From NCBI GenBank assembly GCA_043826455.1, contig JBDRQD010000050.1, positions 1 to 27,978 on the forward strand: a stretch of DNA of 27,978 nucleotides. The letters run 5' to 3'. Shown here piece after piece: positions 15,726-24,879 of the stretch. How positions within the stretch are numbered: the first letter of the stretch is position 1; each line of letters begins with the position of its first letter. Both the position numbers and the translations under genes were made by a program. Under the pieces are notes generated by a model. The model saw nothing but the letters and a program-made list of their open reading frames with translations, did not search any database and was not told the origin of the DNA. This DNA is from Candidatus Bathyarchaeota archaeon (lineage in GTDB: Archaea > Thermoproteota > Bathyarchaeia > TCS64).

Positions 15726-17135
15726 CTACCTGGGGGACTCGGGGTGCCACTTCTTCTCGATCTCAAGGGTCTTCCGCATCCCCGTCTTCTCCAGGTGGGC
15801 CACTATACTGTCCAGGGGTGTCCTTTCGGCTATCTTCTCGTCCTGGGTTGCTAGGCGCAGCAGCAGCCTGGCCAGGAGGACGGCGCCCTCCACCAGGTTC
15901 CTGGGGTCCACCTTGTCCATGGTGTCCGCGGTTGTGTGGCCCCAGCCCCTTCCCTCCACCAGCTGCCTCATGCTGGGCTCCTCGTGGAGGTATATGGCGG
16001 GGACGCCCTGCATGTAGAAGGGCCAGTGGTCCGACGCCGCCGAGGTGCCCTCCTGGACCGTGGTCGGGTAGCCCACCTCATCCAGGAACCTCTCTAGGTA
16101 GCCTTTCATCTCCTTGGGCTGGTACACTGTGAGGGCCGCGTGCTTCTCCCCCTCCCTGTAGCTGAGGCCGCCCAGCTCCAGGTTCACCATGATGGCCGTC
16201 TTCTCCACCTCGTCCAGGTGGTCGGCCACGTAGCATGTGCTGCCTGTGACACCGATCTCCTCGCAGCCGAAGCACATGAACCGGATGCCTCGCCTCAGCT
16301 TACCCTCCAGGGGCTTGAATGCCCTGGCCATCTCCATGGTTACGGCCGTGCCGCTGAGGTTGTCCATGGCGCCCTGGCTTATGTCGTGGCCGTCGTAGTG
16401 GCCCCCCACCACGATCCACTCGTCCGTTGCCCCGGGGAGCTCGGCCACGATGTTGGCTGACTCTGAGCCGGGGATCACCCGGCTAGCGTCTGTTATCCTC
16501 GCCTTGAGGGGCTTGCCCCCGGCCAGCCTCAGCATGTGTGAGCCCGTCTCCAGGCTGACGCCTACGCCGGGCATCTCGCCCCCCATCCTGTAGCTGGGTC
16601 TGAGGCTGCCCGTGGGGGGCAGCTGGCCCGGGTTGTGGTTCATGAATATGAAGCCCACGGCGCCGTACTCCACCGCCCACCCGTACTTGGTCCTCCTGTG
16701 GACCCGCTTGCCGGTGGGGCTGGTGGCGCTGGAGCAGAGCACTATCTTGCCTTTCACGTCTTTTGGGTCCACGGCCTGGAACTCCTCGGGGCTCCCCGTC
16801 CCCAGGTCCACCACCTCGGCCTCCACGGTTCCCCCGGGGCTCATGGCCAGGCTGATGGCCGGGAACTCCCTGCGCATGGGCTCCAGGGCCTCCAGCCTGG
16901 CGGGGCCCCTCTTCCATCCGTTGTAGGTGAAGGGCTCGGCCCTGGCGTTCCTGTAGCCGTACTCCCGCAGCCTCTTCACCATGTACCTCTGGGCCTTCCT
17001 CTCGCTGGGGGTGCCCGCGAACCTGCTGCCAATCTCGTCGGCCATGACCAGCATGTTGCCGTGTATCTGGTTATTCTGAACGATCTCGCCTATGAGCTCC
17101 TTCTCCTCCCTCAGGAGCGTCTTCTTCAGCGTCAT
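15726..17135 (-). CDS. M28 family metallopeptidase with PA domain
   Basis: IGSRFAGT, PA domain DVKGKIVL, Zn ligand motifs GGHYDG, GAMDNLSG, CEEIG, ASDHWPF and HTTADT. No signal peptide. Confidence 0.9.
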   Translation of the reverse strand: MTLKKTLLREEKELIGEIVQNNQIHGNMLVMADEIGSRFAGTPSERKAQRYMVKRLREYGYRNARAEPFTYNGWKRGPARLEALEPMRREFPAISLAMSPGGTVEAEVVDLGTGSPEEFQAVDPKDVKGKIVLCSSATSPTGKRVHRRTKYGWAVEYGAVGFIFMNHNPGQLPPTGSLRPSYRMGGEMPGVGVSLETGSHMLRLAGGKPLKARITDASRVIPGSESANIVAELPGATDEWIVVGGHYDGHDISQGAMDNLSGTAVTMEMARAFKPLEGKLRRGIRFMCFGCEEIGVTGSTCYVADHLDEVEKTAIMVNLELGGLSYREGEKHAALTVYQPKEMKGYLERFLDEVGYPTTVQEGTSAASDHWPFYMQGVPAIYLHEEPSMRQLVEGRGWGHTTADTMDKVDPRNLVEGAVLLARLLLRLATQDEKIAERTPLDSIVAHLEKTGMRKTLEIEKKWHPESPR

Positions 17136-17171
17136 AACGAGAAATAGTTGACATACGCGGATATAGGGTTG

Positions 17172-17609
17172 TCACCCGTCGGGGAAGGTGTAGTAGGTGA
17201 TTATCCCGCCCTTCTTGGTGGTGCTCCTCAGCTGGATGGTGCTGAACCAGATGGCGAAGGTCTCGTCACAGTAGTGGACGCCGTCGTAGATGCTGCCGTC
17301 GTACTCGACCTTGCTCTTGGCCGTCTTCAGGTAAGAGTAGAAGGTGTCCCAGTCGGTGACCTCCTTCCTCTCCATGTTGATCCTGTACCTGTACTTCTCC
17401 TTGACCTGCTCCTCCCAGGCGTCCAGGCCGCTCCAGGGTAGGGTGCCGTTCATCTCGAAGCCCCTGCTCCTGAGGGCCTCCATCTTCTCGAAGTACACTC
17501 TGCCCTCTACGAAGAACTGGGAGCCCGCCACGGCGGCTACAAGGATCACTAGGGTACCTCCTATCAGTACCTTCTTGTTGTGGTCCAACTTTTTTCCGCG
17601 GAGACTCAA
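17172..17609 (-). CDS. Hypothetical protein with N-terminal membrane anchor
   Basis: Basic N-terminus, one TM helix (VLIGGTLVILVAAVAGSQFFV) and an aromatic-rich soluble domain. Codon style matches its neighbours. Confidence 0.7.
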   Translation of the reverse strand: MSLRGKKLDHNKKVLIGGTLVILVAAVAGSQFFVEGRVYFEKMEALRSRGFEMNGTLPWSGLDAWEEQVKEKYRYRINMERKEVTDWDTFYSYLKTAKSKVEYDGSIYDGVHYCDETFAIWFSTIQLRSTTKKGGIITYYTFPDG

Positions 17610-17670
17610 ACGCAGCGCCCAGAGATGGCTGAGCCCGACGACTAAAAGGGGTTAGGGATGCGAGATAAGT

Positions 17671-17676
17671 AAAAAA
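17671..17676 (-). terminator. Oligo-T tract, candidate archaeal terminator after dnaK
   Basis: T6 on the minus strand 22 nt downstream of the dnaK stop; a second T-tract lies near 17644-17647. Confidence 0.35.
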
Positions 17677-17697
17677 GGTCTGCAATAGGGAACGGTG

Positions 17698-19587
17698 TTA
17701 CCGTTTCTTCTCCTCGTCGTCCACTACCTTGTAGTCAGCGTCCACGGTCTTCTTGCCCTGCTCCTGGTCGCCGGCCGGTGGCTGGGTGCCGGGCTGCTGC
17801 TGTGCCTGCTGGGCCTGCTGAGCCGCGGCCTGCTGGTAGACCGAGGCTCCGGCCTCCTGCACCACCTTCTGGAGGTCCTCTATCTTGGCCTTGATCTCTG
17901 AGATGCTTCCATCCTTGACCGCCGCCTTGAGGGCCTCTAGTCCGCTTTGGACCTTCGCTTTGAGGCCGGCCTCAATCTTGTCTCCAAGCTCCGCGAGCAG
18001 CTTCTCGGTGCTGTAGATTAGGGTGTCGGCTTGGTTTCTGGTCTCGGCCTCCTCCTGGGCCTGCTTATCGGCCTCGGCGTACTGCTCGGCCTCCCTGACC
18101 ATGCGGTCCTTATCCGCGTCGCTGAGCTTGGTGGATGCCGTGATGGTGATGCCCATCTGCTTGCCTGTGCCCAGGTCCTTGGCCGAGACGTTGAGGACGC
18201 CGTCCGCGTTGATGTCGAAGGTGACCTCGATCTGGGGTACGCCCCTGGGCGCCGGGGGTATGCCCTCCAGGTTGAAGCTGCCCAGGCTTATGTTGTCCTT
18301 GGCCATGGCCCTCTCGCCCTGGAGCACGTGGATGGTGACGGCCGTCTGCATGTCCGCCGCCGTGCTGAACACCTTGGTCTGCTTGGTGGGAATCGTCGAG
18401 TTGCGGTCTATGATCTTGGTCATGACGGCCCCCAGGGTCTCCACGCCTAGGCTGAGGGGCGTCACGTCCAGGAGCACTATGTCATCGATCTCCCCTGCCA
18501 GCACGGCGCCCTGGATGCTTGCTCCTATGGCTACGCACTCCATGGGGTCTATGCCCCGCTCGGCCTTCTTCCCCAGGAGCTCCTCCACTGTGCGCTGGAC
18601 CAGGGGCATCTTGGTCATGCCTCCGAAGAGGATGAGCTTGTCGATCTTGTCTGGGGTGAGGCCCGCGTCCCTGATGGTTCTGGTGATGGGCTCCTTCACC
18701 TTGTTGACGATGGGCTGGGATATCTGCTCCAGCTTGGCTCTCGTCAGCGAGATGTGGAGGTTCTGGGACCCCTGGGCGTTCATTGCTATGTAGGGCAGGT
18801 CGATGTCCGTGGTGATGAGGTTGCTCAGCTCTATCTTAGCGCGCTCGCCCGCCTCCTTGAGGCGGGCCATGGCCTTTATGTCGCCGCTCAGGTCGATGCC
18901 CGTCTCCCGCTTAAAATCCGCTACAATGTAGTCCATTATGACCTTGTCCACGTCGGCTCCGCCGGTCTGGGTGTCGCCGCTGGTGGCCAGGACCTCGAAG
19001 ACGCCTCCGCCGAAGTCCATGATGGTGGTGTCGTTGGTGCCTCCGCCGAAGCTGAAGACCAGTATCTTCATCTCCTGGCCCACCTTGTCCAGGCCGTATG
19101 CCAGGGCCGCGGCCGTGGGCTCGTTCACTATCCTGGTCACCTTCAGGCCGGCGATCTCCCCGGCGTCTATGGTGGCCTGCCTCTGGTTGTCGTTGAAGTG
19201 GGCCGGCACCGTGATGACCGCCTTGGTCATCTTCTCCCCCAGGTACGTCTCGGCATCCCGGAGAATCTTCTGGAGTATGAAGGCGCTGATCTGCTGGGGC
19301 GTGTAGTCCTTGCCCAGGAGCGTTATCTTCCGGCTGGTGCCCATTTGGCGCTTGGCCTCCCTGATGGTTCCCTCCGGGTTGGTGACGGCCTGCCTCCTGG
19401 CGGGCTCACCCACCAGGAGCTGCCCGTCCTTGGTGAATGCTACCACGCTGGGGAACATCTTCCCTGCCACTGTGGGGCCCTCGGCGCTTGGTATGACTGT
19501 GGGTTTGCCGCCCATCATGACGGCGGCTGCGCTGTTGGTTGTTCCCAGGTCTATGCCTAGGATCTTCTCTCTCTTGTTCTCACTCAT
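17698..19587 (-). CDS. dnaK: Molecular chaperone DnaK (Hsp70) with atypical phosphate-2 loop
   Basis: [38 protein letters not shown], linker [11 protein letters not shown] and [16 protein letters not shown]. It has the short (archaeal/Gram-positive type) subdomain IB. Confidence 0.98.
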   Translation of the reverse strand: MSENKREKILGIDLGTTNSAAAVMMGGKPTVIPSAEGPTVAGKMFPSVVAFTKDGQLLVGEPARRQAVTNPEGTIREAKRQMGTSRKITLLGKDYTPQQISAFILQKILRDAETYLGEKMTKAVITVPAHFNDNQRQATIDAGEIAGLKVTRIVNEPTAAALAYGLDKVGQEMKILVFSFGGGTNDTTIMDFGGGVFEVLATSGDTQTGGADVDKVIMDYIVADFKRETGIDLSGDIKAMARLKEAGERAKIELSNLITTDIDLPYIAMNAQGSQNLHISLTRAKLEQISQPIVNKVKEPITRTIRDAGLTPDKIDKLILFGGMTKMPLVQRTVEELLGKKAERGIDPMECVAIGASIQGAVLAGEIDDIVLLDVTPLSLGVETLGAVMTKIIDRNSTIPTKQTKVFSTAADMQTAVTIHVLQGERAMAKDNISLGSFNLEGIPPAPRGVPQIEVTFDINADGVLNVSAKDLGTGKQMGITITASTKLSDADKDRMVREAEQYAEADKQAQEEAETRNQADTLIYSTEKLLAELGDKIEAGLKAKVQSGLEALKAAVKDGSISEIKAKIEDLQKVVQEAGASVYQQAAAQQAQQAQQQPGTQPPAGDQEQGKKTVDADYKVVDDEEKKR

Positions 19588-20122
19588 CTTGATCTTCCTC
19601 TGGTTCCGCGGGGCTCCGGGCCACCTTCACTACTGTAGCCCTTAGGACCCGCTCCTTAAACATGTAGCCCTTCCTGATCTCCTCAAGGACGTAGCCGTCG
19701 GGCTCCTCCTCGGTCTCCACTTCCACGATGGCCTCGTGTCTGAAGGGGTCGAAGGGCTGGCCCAGGGCTTCTATGGGTTGGACGCCAGAGGACTCCAGCA
19801 GCTTCGCCATCTTTCTGTGGATCATCTGGATGCCCTCCACCAGTTTCTCTTTCTCGGCGTCCCTTGTGGAGAGCATCTCCAGCTCGTCGTGGAGGGGCAG
19901 CAGTTGCTGCAGTAGCTCACCGTTGGCCTTCTCCAGGGTCTCGCTGAGCCTGCGGTGGCTCTGTTTCTGGATGTTGTCCAGGTCGGCCTTGGCGTACTTG
20001 AGCTGGTCTAGGTACCTCTGGGCCTTCTCTTCGGCCTCCTTGAGGCTCTTCTCCAGCTCCTCGATCCTCTTCTTATCCGCCTTGGTCTGTTCGTCCTTCT
20101 TCGCGTCTTTCTTGGGTGACAT
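19580..20122 (-). CDS. grpE: Nucleotide exchange factor GrpE
   Basis: Coiled coil with KADLDN, then [12 protein letters not shown] and [17 protein letters not shown]. It overlaps the dnaK start by 8 bp. Confidence 0.95.
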   Translation of the reverse strand: MSPKKDAKKDEQTKADKKRIEELEKSLKEAEEKAQRYLDQLKYAKADLDNIQKQSHRRLSETLEKANGELLQQLLPLHDELEMLSTRDAEKEKLVEGIQMIHRKMAKLLESSGVQPIEALGQPFDPFRHEAIVEVETEEEPDGYVLEEIRKGYMFKERVLRATVVKVARSPAEPEEDQDE

Positions 20123-20181
20123 TTGGCTGCCCTGTGCCTTTTGGTTCTCTACCGCTTCTGGGTATATTTTCCTTACGGTAT

Positions 20182-20206
20182 GTCATAAATATGACTTTTT
20201 TATAAA
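20182..20206 (-). promoter_or_regulatory. grpE-dnaK promoter: TATA box TTTATAAA followed by palindrome GTCATA-N2-TATGAC
   Basis: TATA at 20199-20206; a palindrome with perfect 6-bp arms at 20182-20195 lies 3 nt downstream of it on the minus strand. Confidence 0.6.
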
Positions 20207-20227
20207 TTTTATGGCACCCAGGGGGCT

Positions 20228-20359
20228 TCATCGGGTGGTGGTGATCCCCACAAGTATCACCAGGTACAGCAGGAGGAGCCCCAGGCCTACCCTGACGTAC
20301 CGCGGAGCCACGGCTGAGGCCTCCAGCAGCAGACGGAAGACGCTCTTCCCTTTACCCAC
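20228..20359 (-). CDS. Possible small single-TM protein (43 aa, or 51 aa from GTG 20383), or a gene remnant
   Basis: My translation is (M)GKGKSVFRLLLEASAVAPRYVRVGLGLLLLYLVILVGITTTR. It is below the ORF-track cutoff, has coding-like codon usage and fills the YbaK-grpE gap. Confidence 0.4.
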   Translation of the reverse strand: MGKGKSVFRLLLEASAVAPRYVRVGLGLLLLYLVILVGITTTR

Positions 20360-20425
20360 AGCTAATTGTTCACTCGGAATCACCTAAAAGTCTGCTAGAA
20401 GGATGAGCCGGCCCAGGCGGTGACA

Positions 20426-20881
20426 CTACTCTGCCAGGTCCAGCACGGTGTAGCTCAGAGCCTTCGCCAGGTCCTCTGTCCTCAGCTCGATCCCGTACAG
20501 GTGGTTCCCTGAACCGAAGTTAACCTTCTCCAGCTTCAGGACCCTCTCGTCCAGGTACACGGGAATACCCAGGGTTAGGGGGCACACGGCCCCGGGCTCC
20601 ACCCCCGTGGCCTCCTGCACTTCATCCCGGCTGGCTACGCTCACCTTGCCGAGGATGGGCTTCAGCTTGTTGAAGTCGATCCTGTCGCTGCCCCTCAGAA
20701 AAACGGCGTACCGTGCTCCTCTCCTGCCCTTCACTATTATGGTCTTGCATATCTCGGCGGGGTCAAGGTCCCCCTCGGCGTGGTCTATGACGTCCTGGAC
20801 GGTCACGGCCCGGTCCCTGAGCCTGATGAGCCTGTACTCCACGCCCATATCATCCAGCTTCCTAGCCGAGGCCGGCTTCAT
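20426..20881 (-). CDS. YbaK/ProX family aminoacyl-tRNA deacylase (trans-editing domain)
   Basis: ICKTIIVK with the conserved Lys, TGVEPGAVCPL (GxxxP) and NFGSG. ATG 20881 is preferred over GTG 20929. Confidence 0.9.
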   Translation of the reverse strand: MKPASARKLDDMGVEYRLIRLRDRAVTVQDVIDHAEGDLDPAEICKTIIVKGRRGARYAVFLRGSDRIDFNKLKPILGKVSVASRDEVQEATGVEPGAVCPLTLGIPVYLDERVLKLEKVNFGSGNHLYGIELRTEDLAKALSYTVLDLAE

Positions 20882-20981
20882 AGCCCCAATGTATCGACGC
20901 GCGTCTAAATATTGTTCGACGGGGCCCACTCTTTTTTATAGAGGTTGCATGGTTTGATAGTCAATTAATGGTTGGTTCCAT

Positions 20982-21779
20982 ATGAGTGAAGGCTTGAACA
21001 TCGTCGTCTGCATCAAGCAGGTCCCCGAGACCACGGAGGTGGATTTCGACGAGGAGACTGGAAGGCTTAAGCGTGAGGGCGTCGCGGCGGTCATCAACCC
21101 CTTCGACGAGTACGCCATAGAGGAGGCTCTCAGACTCAAGGAGAAGCATGGTGGAGCTGTGAAGGTCATAACCATGGGGCCGCCCTGGGCCGCTGACGCC
21201 CTCAGGGACGCCATAGCCATGGGGGCCGACGAGGGGTGGCTGGCCACCGACAGGGCTTTCGCCGGGGCAGACACCTGGGCGACGAGCCTCACCCTTGCCA
21301 AGTGCCTGGACAAGATGGGGCCATACGACATGATCATATGCGGCCTCAAGACCACCGACGGGGACACCGGGCAGACTGGCCCCGAGATGGCCGAGCACCT
21401 GGACATCCCCCACGTCTGCTACGTGAGCCAGGTCACGGAGGTCAAGGACAGGAAGGTTACCCTGAGGAGAAACCTGGACGACGGCATAGAGATCCTGGAG
21501 GCGCCCCTTCCCCTCCTCATCACAGTGAGCAAGGACATCAACCAGCCCAGGCTGGCCACACTACGTGGCCGCCTCAAGGCCAAGAAGACCGAGATCAGGG
21601 AGATAGCCAACAAGGATCTGGGCCTGGACCCCAAGGAGATAGGGCTGGACGGCAGCTTCACCCGGGTGGTCAAGATATTCGAGCCCACGGTCCACGAGGC
21701 CGGTGAGGTGGTGGAGGGCACAGTGGACGAGCTGGTGGACGCCATCTACCTGAAGCTCATGGAGTGTAAGGTGATCTAG
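20982..21779 (+). CDS. etfB: Electron transfer flavoprotein beta subunit (FixA family)
   Basis: IVVCIKQVP, INPFDEYAIEEA, TMGPP, DRAFAGADTWATS and GLKTTDGDTGQTG. Confidence 0.95.
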   Translation: MSEGLNIVVCIKQVPETTEVDFDEETGRLKREGVAAVINPFDEYAIEEALRLKEKHGGAVKVITMGPPWAADALRDAIAMGADEGWLATDRAFAGADTWATSLTLAKCLDKMGPYDMIICGLKTTDGDTGQTGPEMAEHLDIPHVCYVSQVTEVKDRKVTLRRNLDDGIEILEAPLPLLITVSKDINQPRLATLRGRLKAKKTEIREIANKDLGLDPKEIGLDGSFTRVVKIFEPTVHEAGEVVEGTVDELVDAIYLKLMECKVI

Positions 21780-22973
21780 ATGAGCGAGCAGCCAGTCTGG
21801 GTCACCGAAGAGTGCAACAGGTGCGGCGCGTGCCTGGAGGTCTGCCCCTTCGGGGCCATAGAGACCCAGGACGGCAAGGCCTTCATCACGGAGGCGTGCA
21901 GGGCCTGCGGCCAGTGCCTGGACGTCTGCCCCGTGGGCGCAATCGTCATGAGGTCCGCGGAGGCCGTGACCCTCACCGACTACAAGGGCGTCATGGTGTT
22001 CGCCGAGCAGAGGGACGGCAGGGTCCACCCGGTGAGCTACGAGCTCCTTGGCAAGGCCCAGGAGCTGGCATCCCAGCTGGGCGAGCCCGTATACGCCGTC
22101 ATCGTAGGCAGCGGCGTCAAGGAGGGGGCCCAGGAGCTCGTCAGGCGGGGAGCTGACAAGGTGTTCGTCTACGACGACCCAGCACTCAAGGTAACCAGGG
22201 ACGACCCCTATACCGACCTGCTGGCCAGGTGCTGCAGGGATGAGAGGCCCAGCATATTCCTCATAGGCGCCACCAGCTTGGGCCGCAGCCTGGGCCCCAG
22301 GGTGGCCGCCAGACTGAAGACAGGGCTGACGGCGGACTGCACCAGCCTGGACATAGACCCCGAGACGGGGCTCCTCATGCAGACGCGGCCCGCCTACGGC
22401 GGCAACATCATGGCCACCATCATCACCCCCAACGGCAGGCCCCAGATGGCCACGGTCCGCTACAAGATGTTCCCGGAGGCCAAGCCAGTGGAGGCTCCTA
22501 AAGGCGTAGCGGTCAACAAGGCGGTGAACATGAAGTTCGTCAGGGACCGTGTCAAGGTCCTGGGCTTCGAGGAGGCCAAGGAGGAGCTGTCCATTACCGA
22601 CGCCGATATTGTGGTCTCAGGCGGCCTGGGCATGGGCGAGTCCAAGGGATTCGAGCTCATAAGGCAGCTTGCCGACGCCCTCGGAGGAGCCGTGGGTGCC
22701 TCAAGGCCCACGGTGGACGAGGGATGGATCGACTATAGGCACCAGGTGGGCCTCAGCGGCAGGACCGTCCGGCCCCAGGTGTACGTGGCCTGCGGCATCA
22801 GTGGGGCGGTGCAGCACCAGGCTGGGATGAAGACCAGCGACGTCATCATAGCCGTGAACAAGGACCGGGAGGCCCCCATATTCAAGATATCCAGCCTCGG
22901 CGTGGTGGGGGATTTATATGAGGTGGTTCCACGCCTCATAGAGAAGATAAAGGAGCATAATGGGAGTGCCTGA
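21780..22973 (+). CDS. etfA: Electron transfer flavoprotein alpha subunit with N-terminal 2x[4Fe-4S] ferredoxin domain
   Basis: Two CxxCxxCxxxCP motifs, then GLTADCT, TRPAYGGN, VGASRP, QVGLSG, GISGAVQH and AVNKDREAPIF. Confidence 0.95.
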   Translation: MSEQPVWVTEECNRCGACLEVCPFGAIETQDGKAFITEACRACGQCLDVCPVGAIVMRSAEAVTLTDYKGVMVFAEQRDGRVHPVSYELLGKAQELASQLGEPVYAVIVGSGVKEGAQELVRRGADKVFVYDDPALKVTRDDPYTDLLARCCRDERPSIFLIGATSLGRSLGPRVAARLKTGLTADCTSLDIDPETGLLMQTRPAYGGNIMATIITPNGRPQMATVRYKMFPEAKPVEAPKGVAVNKAVNMKFVRDRVKVLGFEEAKEELSITDADIVVSGGLGMGESKGFELIRQLADALGGAVGASRPTVDEGWIDYRHQVGLSGRTVRPQVYVACGISGAVQHQAGMKTSDVIIAVNKDREAPIFKISSLGVVGDLYEVVPRLIEKIKEHNGSA

Positions 22974-24366
22974 GTACGGGAAACTGACCCCCGAGCTGCG
23001 CGCCAAACTGGAGGACCTGGTGGGCAAGGAGAACGTGTCATCCAAGCCTGAGGACCTGGAGAAGCACGCGATAGACGAGAGCCCCCTGGAGCCCCACCAG
23101 CCCACCTTGGTAGTCAAACCCGGCTCGACCCGGGAGGTCTCTGAGGTTCTAAAGCTGGCCAACAAGCACAGGGTGCCCGTGACCCCCCAGGGGTCCAGGA
23201 CGGGCCTCAGCGGGGCGTCCCACCCGGTATACACCGGCGTCGCCCTCAGCCTGGAGCGGATGAACAGGATCATAGAGATCGATGAGGACAACCTCATGAT
23301 AACCGTGGAGCCGGCGGTGCTTGTGAGCGAGGTCCACGAGGCCACCGAGAAGCTGGGCCTCTACTATCCCCCTGACCCGGGCCAGGATTCCGGCAGCATC
23401 GGGGGCAACATCAACACCAACGCGGGCGGCATGAGGGCCATGAAGTACGGGGTCACCCGGGACTTCGTCAACGGCCTGGAGGTCGTGCTGGCGAACGGAG
23501 ACATCATCAACCTGCAGGGCAAGCACATGAAGCACAGCACCGGGTACAGCCTCATCGACCTACTCATAGGCAGCGAGGGCACCCTGGGCGTGGTCACCAG
23601 GGCCACCCTGCGGCTCATACCTAAGCCCAAGCTCACGGCCCTCATCCTGGCGCCTTTCACATCCGTCAAGGACGCGGCAAACGCGGTGAGGGAGATCATC
23701 AAGCAGAAGATAGTGCCCTTCGGCCTGGAGTACATGCCAAGGCACGCGGTGCTGACGGCCGAGAAGTACCTGGAGCGGAGGATGCCCGACAACGTGCACC
23801 CCGCCTACCTCATAGTGGCCGTGGAGGCCAACAGCAAGGATGAGCTTGACAGGCAGCTGGAGACGGCCGGGGAGGTCTGCCTGGAGGCCGGGGCCGTGGA
23901 CGCGTACATCGCCGACACTGCCCAGCGGCAGCAGCAGATATGGGAGGCACGGAAGTGCCTCTTCGACGCGTACATAAGCATGTACACCCTGGATGAGGCC
24001 GACATATGCATCCCCCGCAACAGGATACCCGAGTACATCGAGAGAGCCGACGCCACCGCGGCCAAACACGGGGTGCTGCTGGTGCCTGTAGGCCATGCCG
24101 GGGACGGCAACCTCCACTACTTCATAATAAAGCTGGATGAGACCTCCGACGAGGAATGGCCGGACCTAATGGAGGCCGCCCTCAGCGACCTCATAGACGT
24201 GAGCCTGGAGATGGGCGGCACCGTCTCCGGTGAGCACGGCGTAGGCTACACGAAGAAACGCTACCTGGAGCGTGAGGTGGGCTCAACCCAGGTGAGGCTC
24301 ATGAAGGGCGTAAAGGCTGCCTTCGACCCGAACATGATCCTGAACCCGGGTAAGGTGTGGCCCTAG
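22960..24366 (+). CDS. FAD-linked 2-hydroxyacid dehydrogenase (LctD/GlcD/D-lactate dehydrogenase family)
   Basis: GSRTGLSG, YYPPDPG, IGGNINTNAGG, KYGVTRD, GSEGTLG, GHAGDGNLH, SGEHGVG and ILNPGK. AAGGAG RBS; 14-bp overlap with etfA. Confidence 0.93.
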   Translation: MGVPEYGKLTPELRAKLEDLVGKENVSSKPEDLEKHAIDESPLEPHQPTLVVKPGSTREVSEVLKLANKHRVPVTPQGSRTGLSGASHPVYTGVALSLERMNRIIEIDEDNLMITVEPAVLVSEVHEATEKLGLYYPPDPGQDSGSIGGNINTNAGGMRAMKYGVTRDFVNGLEVVLANGDIINLQGKHMKHSTGYSLIDLLIGSEGTLGVVTRATLRLIPKPKLTALILAPFTSVKDAANAVREIIKQKIVPFGLEYMPRHAVLTAEKYLERRMPDNVHPAYLIVAVEANSKDELDRQLETAGEVCLEAGAVDAYIADTAQRQQQIWEARKCLFDAYISMYTLDEADICIPRNRIPEYIERADATAAKHGVLLVPVGHAGDGNLHYFIIKLDETSDEEWPDLMEAALSDLIDVSLEMGGTVSGEHGVGYTKKRYLEREVGSTQVRLMKGVKAAFDPNMILNPGKVWP

Positions 24367-24836
24367 CCCAGCTCCACTTCTTTGCAGCAGCGACGCTCCA
24401 GGTGGCTCATATTGCTGACGCCCGCCCGGGCGCGCCGCTCCTCCTCCTCTAGGTGAGCGTCGAGGCCGATTTCCTTGACCCTCTCGTAGCTGTCCAGCAC
24501 GAAGGGGTACCACTCCCTGTGGTACTCTGTGTTCTTGCAGGCGAGGTACTCGCCGCACTCCAGGCAGCTCCTTAGGCCCTTCTCCTTGGCGCATCCCCTG
24601 TTGGCGCAAGGGGCTCCGCCCCCGCTTAGGCAGCCGGGGCACTGGGCCTGGGCGAACCACTCCAGGCCCTTCCTGAACTCGTCGAAGCTGAACCGCTTTT
24701 CCACCTCGTTGAGCCACTCGTACCTAGTGGTGTCTATTAGCCGCTTGAGCTCACCCGCCGCGTACCTGACCCTGCCGTTGCCGCTGGGGCACTGGCCGCA
24801 GTACACGCCGCAGACCCCGTAGTTGTCGCTGGACAA
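24363..24836 (-). CDS. Cys-rich DUF3795-like metal-binding protein
   Basis: CGVYCGQC, CPGC and CANRGCAKEKGLRSCLECGEYLAC pattern. Confidence 0.8.
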   Translation of the reverse strand: MSSDNYGVCGVYCGQCPSGNGRVRYAAGELKRLIDTTRYEWLNEVEKRFSFDEFRKGLEWFAQAQCPGCLSGGGAPCANRGCAKEKGLRSCLECGEYLACKNTEYHREWYPFVLDSYERVKEIGLDAHLEEEERRARAGVSNMSHLERRCCKEVELG

Positions 24837-24879
24837 GTAACTTCGAATAATTCTGGGCTGTGAGGGTTAAAAATTTGAC

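Noticed and set aside
17790..17835. CAG/GCC-rich repeats near the dnaK 3' end
   Set aside because: They encode the ordinary low-complexity Q/A-rich disordered DnaK tail and are not a DNA repeat element.
18023..19645. Long + strand ORFs antisense to dnaK (256 aa, 268 aa and others)
   Set aside because: Long antisense frames are a known by-product of codon bias in GC-rich hsp70 genes. They have no motifs or start signals.
20896..20981. Short palindromes in the YbaK/etfB divergent region (GACGCGCGTC, TTGA-N3-TCAA, ATGG-N6-CCAT)
   Set aside because: Arms of 4-5 bp are expected by chance, and they do not match FNR or LldR consensus spacing.
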